NCBI GenBank assembly: GCA_034110565.1
Contig: JAWUYY010000033.1
Coordinates: 11,374-75,373 of the forward strand
From: Bermanella sp.
GTDB lineage: Bacteria; Pseudomonadota; Gammaproteobacteria; Pseudomonadales; Oceanobacteraceae
Direction: 5' to 3'
Length of the DNA stretch: 64,000 nt
A model generated the notes under the pieces. The model searched no databases, was not told where the DNA came from, and saw only the letters and a program-made list of their open reading frames with translations. How positions within the stretch are numbered: the stretch's first letter is position 1; the number at the start of each line of letters is the position of its first letter. The translations under genes and the position numbers were made by a program. Below, piece after piece: positions 28,628 through 39,763 of this stretch.

Positions 28628-29770
28628 TTGCCTAAGCCAGCTATTCTTGCGCTTGAAGACGGAAGTATCTTTAAAGGAACCGCCATTGGAGCGGATGGTG
28701 AATCTGTTGGAGAGGTTGTTTTTAACACCTCCATGACAGGTTACCAAGAGATTCTGACCGACCCTTCTTATTGCCGCCAAATTGTTACACTTACTTATCC
28801 ACACATTGGTAATTATGGAACCAATGATGAAGACGCCGAATGCGATCGCATTTGGGCCGCCGGATTAGTGATTCGCGATCTCCCCCTAGTTGCTAGCAAC
28901 TTTCGAAGCCAACAAGCCCTTGATGAATACTTAATTGAACGTAACGTTGTCGGTATTTCCGATATTGATACGCGTCGATTAACCCGTATTCTTCGTGAAA
29001 AAGGTAGCTTAAGCGGTTGCGTCATGGCGGGTGATGATATTGACGAAGCTCGTGCACTTGAGCTAGCCAAAAGTTTTCCAGGCCTTAAAGGCATGGATCT
29101 AGCCAAAGAAGTGACCACGGATAAAAACTATCCTTGGAAAGAAGGCAGTTGGCAGCTTGGTCGTGAGCCAGGCAAAGGTCACCAAGACGTGACTGACACT
29201 CCATTTAAAGTGGTTGCCTACGATTACGGTGTTAAGCGTAATATCTTGCGCATGCTGGCGGATCGCGGTTGCGACTTAACGGTTGTTCCGGCACAAACTC
29301 CGGCAAGCGAAGTATTGGCCATGAACCCTGATGGCATCTTCTTATCAAATGGCCCAGGTGATCCTGAGCCGTGTGATTACGCCATTACTGCGATCAAAGA
29401 AATACTAGAAACCGATATTCCGGTATTTGGTATTTGCTTGGGTCATCAGTTATTGGCGTTAGCCAGCGGTGCAAAAACATTAAAAATGGGCCATGGCCAT
29501 CACGGTGGTAATCACCCAGTGCAAAACCTAGATGATAAGACGGTATTAATCACCGCACAGAACCATGGTTTTGCAGTAAGCGAAGACGGTCTACCGGCTA
29601 ACTTACGTGTGACCCATAAGTCTTTGTTCGATGGCACCACTCAAGGTATTCATCGCACAGACAAGCCTGCGTTTAGTTTTCAGGGTCACCCTGAAGCCAG
29701 CCCAGGTCCACACGATGCAGCGCCATTGTTTGACCATTTCATTGAATTGATGACAGCCCGTAAAGCTTAG
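28628..29770 (+). CDS. carA: Carbamoyl-phosphate synthase small subunit
   Basis: [22 protein letters not shown] and QGHPE motifs; TTG start after GAGGA. Confidence 0.98.
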   Translation: MPKPAILALEDGSIFKGTAIGADGESVGEVVFNTSMTGYQEILTDPSYCRQIVTLTYPHIGNYGTNDEDAECDRIWAAGLVIRDLPLVASNFRSQQALDEYLIERNVVGISDIDTRRLTRILREKGSLSGCVMAGDDIDEARALELAKSFPGLKGMDLAKEVTTDKNYPWKEGSWQLGREPGKGHQDVTDTPFKVVAYDYGVKRNILRMLADRGCDLTVVPAQTPASEVLAMNPDGIFLSNGPGDPEPCDYAITAIKEILETDIPVFGICLGHQLLALASGAKTLKMGHGHHGGNHPVQNLDDKTVLITAQNHGFAVSEDGLPANLRVTHKSLFDGTTQGIHRTDKPAFSFQGHPEASPGPHDAAPLFDHFIELMTARKA

Positions 29771-29784
29771 TTGGAGAGAGAGCC

Positions 29785-32700
29785 ATGCCAAAACGCACGG
29801 ACATAGAAAGTATTCTAATTATCGGCGCGGGCCCTATTGTTATTGGTCAGGCCTGCGAATTTGACTACTCTGGTGCACAGGCGTGTAAAGCCCTGCGCGA
29901 AGAAGGTTATAGAGTCATCTTGGTGAACTCTAACCCAGCCACCATCATGACTGACCCTTCAATGGCCGATGCCACCTACATCGAGCCAATCACCATAGAG
30001 TCAGTGACTAAAATCATTGAAAAAGAACGTCCAGACGTTTTACTGCCAACTATGGGCGGTCAAACCGCATTGAACTGTGCATTGGGTCTTGAAGCGGCTG
30101 GTGTACTGGAAAAATACGGCGTTGAAATGATCGGCGCGAACGCTGATGTTATCGACAAAGCGGAAGATCGTAGCCGTTTTGATAAAGCCATGAAAAAGAT
30201 TGGTTTGGATTGTCCGCGTGCGGGCATTGCACACACCATGGCAGAAGCGTGGGAAGTACAAAAAGATTTAGGCTTCCCTTGTATCATTCGTCCTTCTTTC
30301 ACTATGGGTGGTACCGGTGGTGGTATTGCGTATAACAAAGAAGAGTTCGAAGAAATCTGTACTCGCGGTTTGGATTTATCCCCAACCAGCGAATTGCTAA
30401 TCGATGAATCGTTAATCGGTTGGAAAGAATACGAGATGGAAGTGGTTCGTGACAAAAACGACAACTGCATCATCGTTTGTTCAATCGAAAACTTTGACCC
30501 TATGGGTGTGCACACAGGTGACTCTATTACCGTGGCGCCTGCACAAACATTGTCAGATAAAGAACTGCAAATCATGCGTAATGCCTCTTTGGCAGTACTG
30601 CGTGAAATTGGCGTAGAAACCGGCGGCTCAAACGTACAATTTGGTATTAATCCAGTTGACGGTCGTATGGTTGTCATCGAAATGAATCCACGTGTATCGC
30701 GTTCATCTGCGTTAGCGTCTAAAGCCACAGGTTTCCCGATTGCGAAAATCGCAGCGAAACTGGCTATTGGCTATACCCTTGATGAATTGCAAAACGATAT
30801 CACGGGTGGTCGTACACCGGCATCGTTTGAGCCTTCGATCGATTACGTTGTGACTAAGATCCCTCGTTTCACTTTCGAGAAATTCCCGCAAGCGGATGCA
30901 CGCTTAACCACACAGATGAAATCTGTCGGTGAAGTCATGGCCATTGGCCGTACTCAGCAAGAATCTTTGCAAAAAGCATTGCGCGGTCTAGAAGTGGGTG
31001 CGACTGGTTTTGATCCGATTATCGACATCAAAGCTGATGGCGCAAAAGAAAAAATCATCTCTGAATTAAATACCCCAGGGGCCGAGCGCATTTGGTACAT
31101 AGGTGATGCGTTCCGTATCGGTATGAGCGTTGAAGAAATCTTCGATTGCTGCGCAGTGGACCCTTGGTTCTTAGTTCAAATTGAAGACCTCATTAAAGAA
31201 GAAGCGAAAGTTGCTGAAAGTTCATTAACGTCTTTAACCGCTGATCGTATTTATCGTTTGAAGCGCAAAGGCTTCTCCGATGCACGCTTGTCTACGTTGC
31301 TCGGCGTGAAAGAAAAAGCATTTCGTAAGTACCGTCAGAAATTAAACATTCGTCCGGTTTATAAGCGCGTTGATACGTGTGCAGCTGAATTCTCTACGGA
31401 TACGGCGTACATGTACTCCACGTATGAAGAAGAATGTGAAGCTAACCCAACGGATCGCGATAAAATCATCGTTCTTGGTGGTGGCCCTAACCGTATCGGT
31501 CAAGGTATTGAATTCGATTATTGTTGTGTACACGCCGCTTTTGCAGCAAAAGAATTAGGTTACGAAGCCATAATGGTGAACTGTAACCCTGAGACTGTTT
31601 CTACGGATTACGATACGTCTGACCGTTTGTACTTTGAACCGGTTACCCTTGAAGACGTGCTAGAAATTGTCGACAAAGAAAAGCCAAAAGGCGTAATCGT
31701 TCAGTACGGTGGTCAAACGCCACTGAAACTAGCGGAAGAGTTAGAAGCGGCAGGCGTACCGATTATTGGTACCTCACCTGAAGCCATCGACCGTGCAGAA
31801 GACCGTGAACGCTTCCAGCAAATGATTCAGCGCTTAGGTCTTAAGCAACCGGTTAACGCAACGGTTACCTCTACAGAAGAAGCAGTAACAAGCGCAGTTA
31901 AAATTGGTTATCCGCTGGTGGTTCGTCCATCTTATGTACTGGGTGGTCGCGCCATGGAAATTGTGAACAACGAAGAAGCCCTTCGTCGTTACATGACCAC
32001 TGCGGTAAAAGTCTCTAACGACTCACCTGTCTTGCTTGATTACTTCTTGAACCGTGCGGTTGAAGTAGATATCGATGCCATCTGTGATGGCGAACAAGTC
32101 GTGATTGGTGCCATCATGCAGCACATCGAACAAGCCGGTATTCACTCAGGTGACTCAGCGTGTTCATTACCGCCTTACAGCTTGCCCGATGACGTGCAAG
32201 ATGAAATGCGTAAGCAAGTGGCCGCTATGGCGTTAGAGCTGGGTGTTGTGGGCTTAATGAATACACAGCTGGCTTGGCAAGATGGTGAGATTTATGTGAT
32301 CGAGGTGAATCCTCGTGCATCACGTACAGTACCATTTGTGTCTAAGTGTATCGGCACGTCATTAGCATCAATTGCAGCGAAAGTGATGATGGGTAAATCT
32401 TTAGCGGAACTGGGTTTCACTAAAGAAATTATTCCGCCTTATTACTCTGTAAAAGAAGCGGTGTTCCCATTCAATAAATTCCAAGGTGTTGACCCGATTC
32501 TTGGGCCAGAAATGAAATCCACTGGCGAAGTAATGGGCGCAGGCGAAACCTTCGGTGAAGCCTTCTTCAAAGCACAGTTAGGTGCCGGTGAGAAATTACC
32601 GACAGAAGGTAACGTGTTTATGTCAGTACGCGATGCTGACAAAGAAGGTGTTGTCGAAGTGGCTAAAGGCCTTAAAGCCTTAGGCTTTAACCTAGTAGCC

Positions 32701-33003
32701 ACCTCCGGTACGTTCAAAGCACTGGATGCGGCTGGCATTGACGTTAAGCGTGTTAATAAAGTAAACGAAGGTCGCCCACACATTGTGGATATGATCAAAA
32801 ACGATGAAATCGCCATGAGCGTGAATACCACAGATGGCCCTGTGGCCATTGCGGATTCAGCTGAGATTCGTCGTAGTGCATTGCAGCACAAAGTTTACTA
32901 CACTACTACGTTAGCCGGTGCAGAAGCCGTGGTGAAAGCATTAGAATCAGAGGGCCTAAAAACGGTTCGTCGTTTACAAGAGTTGCATGCAACGATTAAG
33001 TAA
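29785..33003 (+). CDS. carB: Carbamoyl-phosphate synthase large subunit
   Basis: [17 protein letters not shown]; duplicated ATP-grasp domains; 1072 aa. Confidence 0.99.
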   Translation: MPKRTDIESILIIGAGPIVIGQACEFDYSGAQACKALREEGYRVILVNSNPATIMTDPSMADATYIEPITIESVTKIIEKERPDVLLPTMGGQTALNCALGLEAAGVLEKYGVEMIGANADVIDKAEDRSRFDKAMKKIGLDCPRAGIAHTMAEAWEVQKDLGFPCIIRPSFTMGGTGGGIAYNKEEFEEICTRGLDLSPTSELLIDESLIGWKEYEMEVVRDKNDNCIIVCSIENFDPMGVHTGDSITVAPAQTLSDKELQIMRNASLAVLREIGVETGGSNVQFGINPVDGRMVVIEMNPRVSRSSALASKATGFPIAKIAAKLAIGYTLDELQNDITGGRTPASFEPSIDYVVTKIPRFTFEKFPQADARLTTQMKSVGEVMAIGRTQQESLQKALRGLEVGATGFDPIIDIKADGAKEKIISELNTPGAERIWYIGDAFRIGMSVEEIFDCCAVDPWFLVQIEDLIKEEAKVAESSLTSLTADRIYRLKRKGFSDARLSTLLGVKEKAFRKYRQKLNIRPVYKRVDTCAAEFSTDTAYMYSTYEEECEANPTDRDKIIVLGGGPNRIGQGIEFDYCCVHAAFAAKELGYEAIMVNCNPETVSTDYDTSDRLYFEPVTLEDVLEIVDKEKPKGVIVQYGGQTPLKLAEELEAAGVPIIGTSPEAIDRAEDRERFQQMIQRLGLKQPVNATVTSTEEAVTSAVKIGYPLVVRPSYVLGGRAMEIVNNEEALRRYMTTAVKVSNDSPVLLDYFLNRAVEVDIDAICDGEQVVIGAIMQHIEQAGIHSGDSACSLPPYSLPDDVQDEMRKQVAAMALELGVVGLMNTQLAWQDGEIYVIEVNPRASRTVPFVSKCIGTSLASIAAKVMMGKSLAELGFTKEIIPPYYSVKEAVFPFNKFQGVDPILGPEMKSTGEVMGAGETFGEAFFKAQLGAGEKLPTEGNVFMSVRDADKEGVVEVAKGLKALGFNLVATSGTFKALDAAGIDVKRVNKVNEGRPHIVDMIKNDEIAMSVNTTDGPVAIADSAEIRRSALQHKVYYTTTLAGAEAVVKALESEGLKTVRRLQELHATIK

Positions 33004-33210
33004 ACCTGAGTTTTAATGTGCGAATAAGGGCCTTATGGCCCTTATTCTCGTTTTAGGGTTTTAAGTTTCCCGCTAACCTTAGTAACCAGTTTTGATTGCA
33101 TTATATTGATGGCAGTCGCATACATGCATTGAGAATAAGAAAAGTGATTGCAGTGTTGTGAAGCAGTAAGAGTCACCGCTTTAATCGCCCGCCTTTTAAT
33201 AGGAGTGAAT

Positions 33211-33687
33211 ATGCAAAAAGTACCAATGACCGTAATGGGTGAAAAAAACCTACGCGCAGAATTAGAGCAACTTAAGAAAGTCGAGCGCCCTAAAGTAATT
33301 AAAGAAATTGCCATAGCGCGAGAACACGGTGATTTAAAAGAAAACGCTGAGTACCACGCGGCTCGCGAGCAGCAAGGTTTCATTGAAGGACGCATTCAAG
33401 ATATTGAGGGCAAGCTTTCAAATGTTCAGATCATCGATATCAGCACTATGCCAAAAAATGGCAAGGTGATCTTTGGTACCACAGTGAAATTAATTAATGT
33501 GGATACGGAAGAACAAAAGCAATATCAAATCGTAGGTGAAGATGAAGCGGACGTGCCTAAGGGTAAAATCAGTTCAGGATCACCCATTGCGCGCGCTCTT
33601 CTTGGTAAAGAAGAAGGTGATGTGGTTGTGGTAAAAGTGCCTAACGGTGATATCGAATACGAAATCGAAGAAGTACTTTATATTTAA
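33211..33687 (+). CDS. greA: Transcription elongation factor GreA
   Basis: [16 protein letters not shown] and SPIARAL motifs; AGGAG RBS. Confidence 0.97.
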   Translation: MQKVPMTVMGEKNLRAELEQLKKVERPKVIKEIAIAREHGDLKENAEYHAAREQQGFIEGRIQDIEGKLSNVQIIDISTMPKNGKVIFGTTVKLINVDTEEQKQYQIVGEDEADVPKGKISSGSPIARALLGKEEGDVVVVKVPNGDIEYEIEEVLYI

Positions 33688-33715
33688 TGAGTCAATGTTA
33701 AATATTCGTCATACC

Positions 33716-33747
33716 AAAAAGCCCAGTCATTATTAACTGGGCTTTTT
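33716..33747 (+). terminator. Terminator after greA
   Basis: AAAAAGCCCAGT...ACTGGGCTTTTT. Confidence 0.8.
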
Positions 33748-33780
33748 CATTTTTTATGATGCATAAAATAGGTCGCAGAC

Positions 33781-34422
33781 ATGTCGTTACACTTTAATGA
33801 GCAACAACAAGCATTGTTTGAAAGTCTGCTGCAAGCACGTCGTGATGTCCGTGGTAATCATTTTCTACGCAATAAGCCTGTAGGTGACGATGATATTCAG
33901 CGTATCTTGCAGGCTGCGTTGTGGGCGCCATCGGTTGGTTATTCGCAGCCTTGGCGGTTTGTGGTGATTAGCAACGATGGCATTAAGCAACAAGTAGCAG
34001 ATAGTTTTAAACGAGAAAACGCAAAAGCAGCCCATTTATTTGATGAAAAACAACAGCAATATCAACAGTTAAAACTAGAAGGTATTCATGAATCACCAGT
34101 GAATATTGCTGTGTTTTATGAAGCGTCGGATTCTCCTGTGTTGGGACAAACCTCTATGCAACAGATGGGAGAGTACAGCGTGGTGTGCGCAGTACAAAAT
34201 ATGTGGTTAATGGCGCGCTCAATGAATATTGGCATGGGTTGGGTCAGTATTTTAAATCCAGATGAGGTGAAGACGATTTTGTCCGCACCGCAAAACCATA
34301 AGCTGGTGGCTTATTTATGCGTAGGGAAAGTAGATGAATTCTTAGAGCGGCCTGAGCTTGAGCAATTGAAGTGGGAGAAAGCAAAAGCATTGGAAAGTGT
34401 GGTTAGTTATGACGGTTTTTAA
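33781..34422 (+). CDS. bluB: 5,6-dimethylbenzimidazole synthase
   Basis: RRDVR, APSVGYSQPWRF, LKLEGI.E, YS.VCAVQN.WL.AR...GWVS motifs. Confidence 0.85.
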   Translation: MSLHFNEQQQALFESLLQARRDVRGNHFLRNKPVGDDDIQRILQAALWAPSVGYSQPWRFVVISNDGIKQQVADSFKRENAKAAHLFDEKQQQYQQLKLEGIHESPVNIAVFYEASDSPVLGQTSMQQMGEYSVVCAVQNMWLMARSMNIGMGWVSILNPDEVKTILSAPQNHKLVAYLCVGKVDEFLERPELEQLKWEKAKALESVVSYDGF

Positions 34423-34510
34423 ATGTGGATATAGACAGAGCTAAGCGTAGGAAAGGTGACAATCAGGGCTTAATGATCCTTATCGTTATGGATGCATAAA
34501 AGCAGAAAGA

Positions 34511-34542
34511 TAAAAAGCCAGTTACCGGTAACTGGCTTTTTA
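34511..34542. terminator. Bidirectional terminator
   Basis: TAAAAAGCCAGTTAC-CG-GTAACTGGCTTTTTA. Confidence 0.85.
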
Positions 34543-34544
34543 GT

Positions 34545-35048
34545 TTAGGTGTATGCAGACTCAAATGCTTCGTCGTCTTCGTTTTCAATGGCTTTCATCA
34601 TGCACTGTAATTTAAAACGTGCCTCTCTGCGTTTAACCGCTTTGTTCCAGCGACGCTTCTGTGTGTCATTTTCGATGACGAGTTCAGGGACTTGGGCAGT
34701 TTTTCCATCTTTCATGGCGACCATGGTGAAGAAACAGGTGTGGGTGTGGCGCACGGTTTTTTCTTGAATGTTTTCGGCAATAACCTTGATGCCGATTTCC
34801 ATAGAACTGCGTCCCGTGTAATTAACGGTCGCTAAGCAGGTGACCATTTCACCGATGTGTATAGGCTGCTTAAATAATACGTTATCAACAGAAAGAGTCA
34901 CGGCGTAATGCCCGCTGTATCGCATAGCGCATGTGTAGGCTACTTTATCGAGTAGTTTAAGTAACTCCCCCCCATGCATATTGCCAGAAAAATTGGCCAT
35001 GGATGGTGTGACCAGCTCGGTCATTTCAGTTTGGATAATCTGCCCCAT
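34545..35048 (-). CDS. Hotdog-fold acyl-CoA thioesterase (YciA-like)
   Basis: P..ANFSGNMHGG.LL..LD, VT.SVD...F..PI..G and G.SSME motifs; GGAG RBS before ATG 35048. Confidence 0.92.
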   Translation of the reverse strand: MGQIIQTEMTELVTPSMANFSGNMHGGELLKLLDKVAYTCAMRYSGHYAVTLSVDNVLFKQPIHIGEMVTCLATVNYTGRSSMEIGIKVIAENIQEKTVRHTHTCFFTMVAMKDGKTAQVPELVIENDTQKRRWNKAVKRREARFKLQCMMKAIENEDDEAFESAYT

Positions 35049-35315
35049 TGCGACTCCATTATCGGGTATTGCCGTATGATTAATTTGCAAAACCACATGG
35101 GTAAGTGGCTTTGCAGGCTAGGGTTCTTATGGAACCGTTGCGGTCTAAATGCTAGGTAATGCAGTTAGTATTGGTAGGCGTTAAGGCGTAAACCTTGCCA
35201 AAAAATACAAGAGCACGGTTTATGAACCCTGGCGCCAAGTCCCCAAAATACAGTAGCTGCTTATGCGACTTATTAGTGCGCAACGGTAGCTGAGTTGATG
35301 ATATTTTGGAGCCTG
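35049..35315 (-). ncRNA. Candidate structured cis-regulatory leader RNA
   Basis: TATAAT -10 at 35322-35317 followed by several complementary helices (see findings). Confidence 0.5.
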
Positions 35316-35479
35316 AATTATATAGATATTCTTCGATAAAGCACGGGTATTGCTCTTAACTTAAACAGTTAGGTGTCATACAAATGCTTTTGTGAAAGCC
35401 CTTTTACATGTTGATACGCATGGCATTCCCTATAATTTACAAGTAACAATCTTATTGACGAAAGATTAATAAAAAAACG

Positions 35480-35947
35480 TTAGAGCGCCTGTTCGATGGC
35501 TTGCACAATGCTTTCGTTTAGAGGGTCAAGCTTAGCGTTAAAGCGTTGCAGTATGTGCCCGTCTTTACTGACTAAGAACTTAGCGAAGTTCCATTCTATA
35601 TCGTCCCCGCCTTCAACTAAAAATTCATATAGTGGGTGGCGATTGTCACCGTTCACTTCAATTTTTGTTGTCATGGGAAAATCAACGGAGAACTTCGTGG
35701 TACAAAAGTCAGCAATCTCTTGGTCGCTGCCAGGTTCTTGTTTGCCAAATTGATTGCAAGGCACGCCTAATACGACAAGCCCTTTATCTTTATATCGCTC
35801 ATACAGGGCTTGGAGTCCTTCGTATTGTGGCGTTAAGCCACATTCACTGGCGACATTGACCACAAGTACGGCTTTGTTTTCAAAGTCGCTTAGTTGTAAG
35901 GCTTGGCCGTTTAAGCTGTCGATTGCAATATCGTAAAAAGATGTCAT
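35480..35947 (-). CDS. Glutathione peroxidase family protein
   Basis: VNVASECGLTPQY, PCNQFG.QEPG and WNF.KFL motifs. Confidence 0.95.
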   Translation of the reverse strand: MTSFYDIAIDSLNGQALQLSDFENKAVLVVNVASECGLTPQYEGLQALYERYKDKGLVVLGVPCNQFGKQEPGSDQEIADFCTTKFSVDFPMTTKIEVNGDNRHPLYEFLVEGGDDIEWNFAKFLVSKDGHILQRFNAKLDPLNESIVQAIEQAL

Positions 35948-37053
35948 GGCGTTCTCCTTGATTGAATTGTTTGACTGGTCTGAATGAACAACTGCTCGTA
36001 CTTAGGAATTAACTGATGCCAGTCATAATGGCATACATCCTTTAGTGGTGGCAGTCCTTGAGTTTGCCAATTATGTAAGATTTGGCAGATGGATAAGGCT
36101 TCATCTTCGCTGGAAGCGTTATCGTACAAACAAGGGGTGGGAATCCATTCAGGATAGGCTAATCGGTTGGGGGCTAAAGGCACGCAGCCATAAGCGGCCC
36201 CTTCTAGTACTGCCAAACCTTGAAACTCATGATGGGCGGTAGATAACACCACATGATGCTGGGCCAGTTGGGCTAAATACATTTCTTTGCTCTCAAATGT
36301 GCCCATGTGTTTTACATTGGCAAGGCCTAGCTGTTGTAAGTGTTTAAATTGTGCAGGGATGTTGCGAAACGACATGCCGCAAATGGTGAACGCTATATTA
36401 AGTGCCCGTTGTTGTGATAACTCAATCACGCGAACCAAGGTGTCTGGGCCTTTGTCGTACTCCCACCTGTGATTCCAAATTACCTTGAGCGTATCGCCTG
36501 CTTTAAATGTATGGTTTTCTAATTGGTGACAAGCCTGAATAGGCACAGGTAAAACCTGGGACTTTTGTTCGATGCAGTCAATGGCATTGTTAGGAGCGTG
36601 GTCGGGTAAGCGATTAAATAAATCAGTAATGCCAGATAAAAAACTGCTTTGATTAAACTCACTATTGAACACGACTTGGTCAGCACTTAAAGCGCTGTAT
36701 AGATTAACCATTTGTGGTTCGATACTGGCGTGTTGTTGATCACTTTTAGGGTAGGCAAACTGATTTTCATGAAAATAAATAATACTTGGGATGTTTGCTA
36801 GGTTAGGCACAAGCCCTTTTAGAGTCGCAAGGTCCACCATGGATGTGGCCACAATTAAATCAAAAGGCCCCTGTAGCTTTGTTCTGTCTTCACCGAAGGC
36901 GAAACTTAACCCGTTACCACGAATACGCCAGCTAAAAAAACGCCCAGGCAATGTTAGATAACACCAATCATGCTGCGTCATATGGGCCATTAGACCTTGG
37001 CACCAAGCCTTGTGGCTGTCGGTATCGTAAGCGCTGAGCAGTAAGATGCGCAT
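35944..37053 (-). CDS. DUF3524/GT4 glycosyltransferase (GTDC1/QTMAN-like)
   Basis: LLLSAY...SH, LP.R.F.WR.RG, YFHENQF.YP, WNHRWEYDK and STA.HEFQG motifs. Confidence 0.85.
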   Translation of the reverse strand: MRILLLSAYDTDSHKAWCQGLMAHMTQHDWCYLTLPGRFFSWRIRGNGLSFAFGEDRTKLQGPFDLIVATSMVDLATLKGLVPNLANIPSIIYFHENQFAYPKSDQQHASIEPQMVNLYSALSADQVVFNSEFNQSSFLSGITDLFNRLPDHAPNNAIDCIEQKSQVLPVPIQACHQLENHTFKAGDTLKVIWNHRWEYDKGPDTLVRVIELSQQRALNIAFTICGMSFRNIPAQFKHLQQLGLANVKHMGTFESKEMYLAQLAQHHVVLSTAHHEFQGLAVLEGAAYGCVPLAPNRLAYPEWIPTPCLYDNASSEDEALSICQILHNWQTQGLPPLKDVCHYDWHQLIPKYEQLFIQTSQTIQSRRTP

Positions 37054-37168
37054 ATATAAAAGAAGGCCTTAGAAAAACACGTATTCTACCGACATCATGG
37101 CTTTGTCAGCAAATGATTGAGTATCAGACTAAGGCTGCCTAGTATAGAGGTACTTTAAACCTTGACCC

Positions 37169-37211
37169 AACAAGTGAATACTGGTTCACTTGTTATGAAT
37201 ATGGATTCACT
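37169..37211. promoter_or_regulatory. Tandem TetR operators
   Basis: AACAAGTGAA-N6-TTCACTTGTT (perfect 10-bp arms) and a second TGAAT-N4-ATTCA just before the ATG. Confidence 0.75.
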
Positions 37212-37213
37212 TT

Positions 37214-37861
37214 ATGGCGTATCGTCCGACCGAACATACTCAATCTAAAAGAGCTGGTACTCGTGAGCGCATACTAAAAGAAGCGAGACTTTTAGTGACA
37301 GAAGGCGGCTTTGCCGCTGCCGCGGTGGCGCAAGTGGCTCGTCGTAGTGATATCGCAACGGGGACCATTTATCGTCATTTTCCATCAAAGGCGGAGTTGG
37401 TGGCAGAAGTGTTTCGCCACGCCACAGAGTTTGAATTGGTCGCGGTGACTCAGGCAACATTACAAGCAGGGTCATGCAAAGATCGTTTGCTTCAGGCAGT
37501 AGAAACCTTTGCCGATCGTGCATTGCGCGCACCTCGCTTGGCTTATGCATTAATAGCTGAGCCGGTAGACCCGTTGGTTGAAAAAGAGCGCTTAAGCTAC
37601 CGCTTTGCTTATGCTGAAGCGTTTGAAGACTTAATCAATGAAGCCATGGCCAGCGGCGAGTTTGTTGCGCAAAACGCCAGTATTAGTGCAGCGGCCTTGG
37701 TGGGAATGTTATCTGAATCCTTGGTGGGGCCATTAGCGCCACAAATAGAAAGCTACGATGAGCAAATTACGCAACGCGAAGCGTTAAGCGATGACGAAAA
37801 GCGAACATTAATTGAAGACATAAAAGCACTGGCTTTAAGGTCAGTGGCCGGTATCTTGTAG
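37214..37861 (+). CDS. TetR/AcrR family regulator
   Basis: GGF....VA.VA....IATGTIYRHFPSK.EL. Confidence 0.93.
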   Translation: MAYRPTEHTQSKRAGTRERILKEARLLVTEGGFAAAAVAQVARRSDIATGTIYRHFPSKAELVAEVFRHATEFELVAVTQATLQAGSCKDRLLQAVETFADRALRAPRLAYALIAEPVDPLVEKERLSYRFAYAEAFEDLINEAMASGEFVAQNASISAAALVGMLSESLVGPLAPQIESYDEQITQREALSDDEKRTLIEDIKALALRSVAGIL

Positions 37862-37895
37862 CACAGCTTGCTGTGCTCATTAATTTGAGGGCAGC

Positions 37896-39626
37896 ATGAA
37901 TCATTTAACCAATCCCAGTACACATGACAACGAACAGCTTTGTGCGCAAAACCCTAGCTTGGGGGAAACCCATGGCGTGTTTAATCAACCTACGGCTCTT
38001 GATCCATTTAATGCTTATGACGGTGACCAAGCCCTTAAGCATTGGGTGAATGTGTTTCAAGGTGGCTGGCACCAAGGGGTTATGAGTCAATATGGTGAAC
38101 GTGTTGGCAGTGACTTATTTGAAGCGGGTTTTGCAGCCAATAAATACAAACCTGAATTCAAACCCCATTCCCGTTTTGGTGAGCGCATTGATCAAGTGGA
38201 TTTTCATCCGGCTTATCACCTGCTAATGAAAACCGCCATTGAAGCTGGCCACCATAGTCTGCCTTGGACACAAAAGAAAATGGGGGCTCATGTTGCCCGT
38301 GCTGCCATGGAATATATGCACAGCCAAGCTGATCCAGGTACGGGTTGCCCGTTGACTATGACATTTGCAGCCGTGCCTGCCATCGCCCATCAACCTAATA
38401 TAGCCAAAGATTGGCTGCCTAAAATCACCGCGAATGTATATGACCCACGTAATGTACCGTTTTATGAAAAGCAGGGCCTCACCATAGGTATGGCCATGAC
38501 GGAAAAACAAGGTGGCTCTGATGTGCGGGCGAATACCACGCGGGCCACGGCTATTGATCAGTCAGGTCCTGGTGAAGCGTATGAACTAGTTGGGCATAAA
38601 TGGTTTTGTAGTGCGCCCATGTGTGATGGCTTTCTTGTGTTGGCTTATACAGGATCAAAAGAACAAGGCTTGTCGTGTTTTTTATTGCCGCGCTGGCGAC
38701 CTGATGGTCGTAAAAATGAAATGTATATTCAACGTATTAAAGACAAGATGGGGAATGTGTCTAACGCATCCAGTGAAGTAGAATACCGCGGCGCGTTTGC
38801 TTGGATGATAGGTGAAGAAGGCCGCGGTGTGCGGACGATTATCGAAATGGTGTCCATGACACGCTTTGATTGCATGGTGGGTTCAAGCAGTATTATGCGA
38901 CAAGCATTAGCGCAAGCGGTGCATCACACTTCTGGTCGTGCTGCGTTTGGTGCGAACCTACATGACCAGCCTTTGATGCAAAACGTGCTGGCGGATTTAG
39001 CCATTGAAAGCGAAGCAGCATTGGCTATTAGTATGCGCATTGCTCATTCGTTAGATGTTTTGCAGCAAGATAATGTGGCGGTGGATGTGGCCGAGCAAGA
39101 ATCAAAATTTTCTCGTGTGGCTACCGCTATTGGTAAATACTGGATCTGTAAACGGGCAGCTCAATTCACCTATGAATGCATGGAGTGTATTGGCGGTGTG
39201 GGCGTTGTGGAAGATAACATCTTGCCGCGCTTGTACCGCGAAAGTCCAATCAATGCCATTTGGGAAGGCAGCGGTAATGTGCAATGTTTAGATGTTCTGC
39301 GTGCCATGCAAAAAGACCAAACGATACTGGATGCGTTTATGGCTGAATTGAAAAAAGCCTTAGGCGTGTACCCTGTGTTTGATCAATATCTACAAGATTT
39401 AAACAACGAGTTCGAAGATTTTGCGAGTTTAGAATTTCGTGCCCGCAGCGTGGTAGAAAAGTTGGCGCTGGCCTGGCAAGCCAGCACACTTATACAGTTT
39501 GGTGATCAAGCCGTGGCATTCGGTTATGTGCATTCACGTTTGAATCAATATGGGGGCTATTACTACGGCACCTTGCCAAAAGAAGTGGACGTGAAAAACA
39601 TTATTGAGCGAGCAAAAGCAAAGTAA
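37896..39626 (+). CDS. AidB-like acyl-CoA dehydrogenase
   Basis: TH.V.NQP, CP.TMT, GMAMTEKQGGSDV, GHKWFCSAP and IWEGSGNV motifs. Confidence 0.92.
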   Translation: MNHLTNPSTHDNEQLCAQNPSLGETHGVFNQPTALDPFNAYDGDQALKHWVNVFQGGWHQGVMSQYGERVGSDLFEAGFAANKYKPEFKPHSRFGERIDQVDFHPAYHLLMKTAIEAGHHSLPWTQKKMGAHVARAAMEYMHSQADPGTGCPLTMTFAAVPAIAHQPNIAKDWLPKITANVYDPRNVPFYEKQGLTIGMAMTEKQGGSDVRANTTRATAIDQSGPGEAYELVGHKWFCSAPMCDGFLVLAYTGSKEQGLSCFLLPRWRPDGRKNEMYIQRIKDKMGNVSNASSEVEYRGAFAWMIGEEGRGVRTIIEMVSMTRFDCMVGSSSIMRQALAQAVHHTSGRAAFGANLHDQPLMQNVLADLAIESEAALAISMRIAHSLDVLQQDNVAVDVAEQESKFSRVATAIGKYWICKRAAQFTYECMECIGGVGVVEDNILPRLYRESPINAIWEGSGNVQCLDVLRAMQKDQTILDAFMAELKKALGVYPVFDQYLQDLNNEFEDFASLEFRARSVVEKLALAWQASTLIQFGDQAVAFGYVHSRLNQYGGYYYGTLPKEVDVKNIIERAKAK

Positions 39627-39646
39627 GTCTGTTTTTCATACAAGTT

Positions 39647-39680
39647 AACGCCCTAATGGTCCGCCATTAGGGCGTTTTTT
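39647..39680 (+). terminator. Terminator
   Basis: AACGCCCTAATGG-TCCG-CCATTAGGGCGTTTTTT. Confidence 0.85.
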
Positions 39681-39763
39681 ATGCAATTAAAATGGCCGTT
39701 TGTTTTCTAATCAATCTAAGACAGACCAAGCCATCATGGCTCGTGTAGCGTTTTGTCATCAAC

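Noticed and set aside
30040-33395. Long antisense ORFs over carB and greA (and similar ones over dnaK, hemL, the MATE and ClC genes)
   Set aside because: Reverse-frame shadows caused by codon bias in conserved genes.
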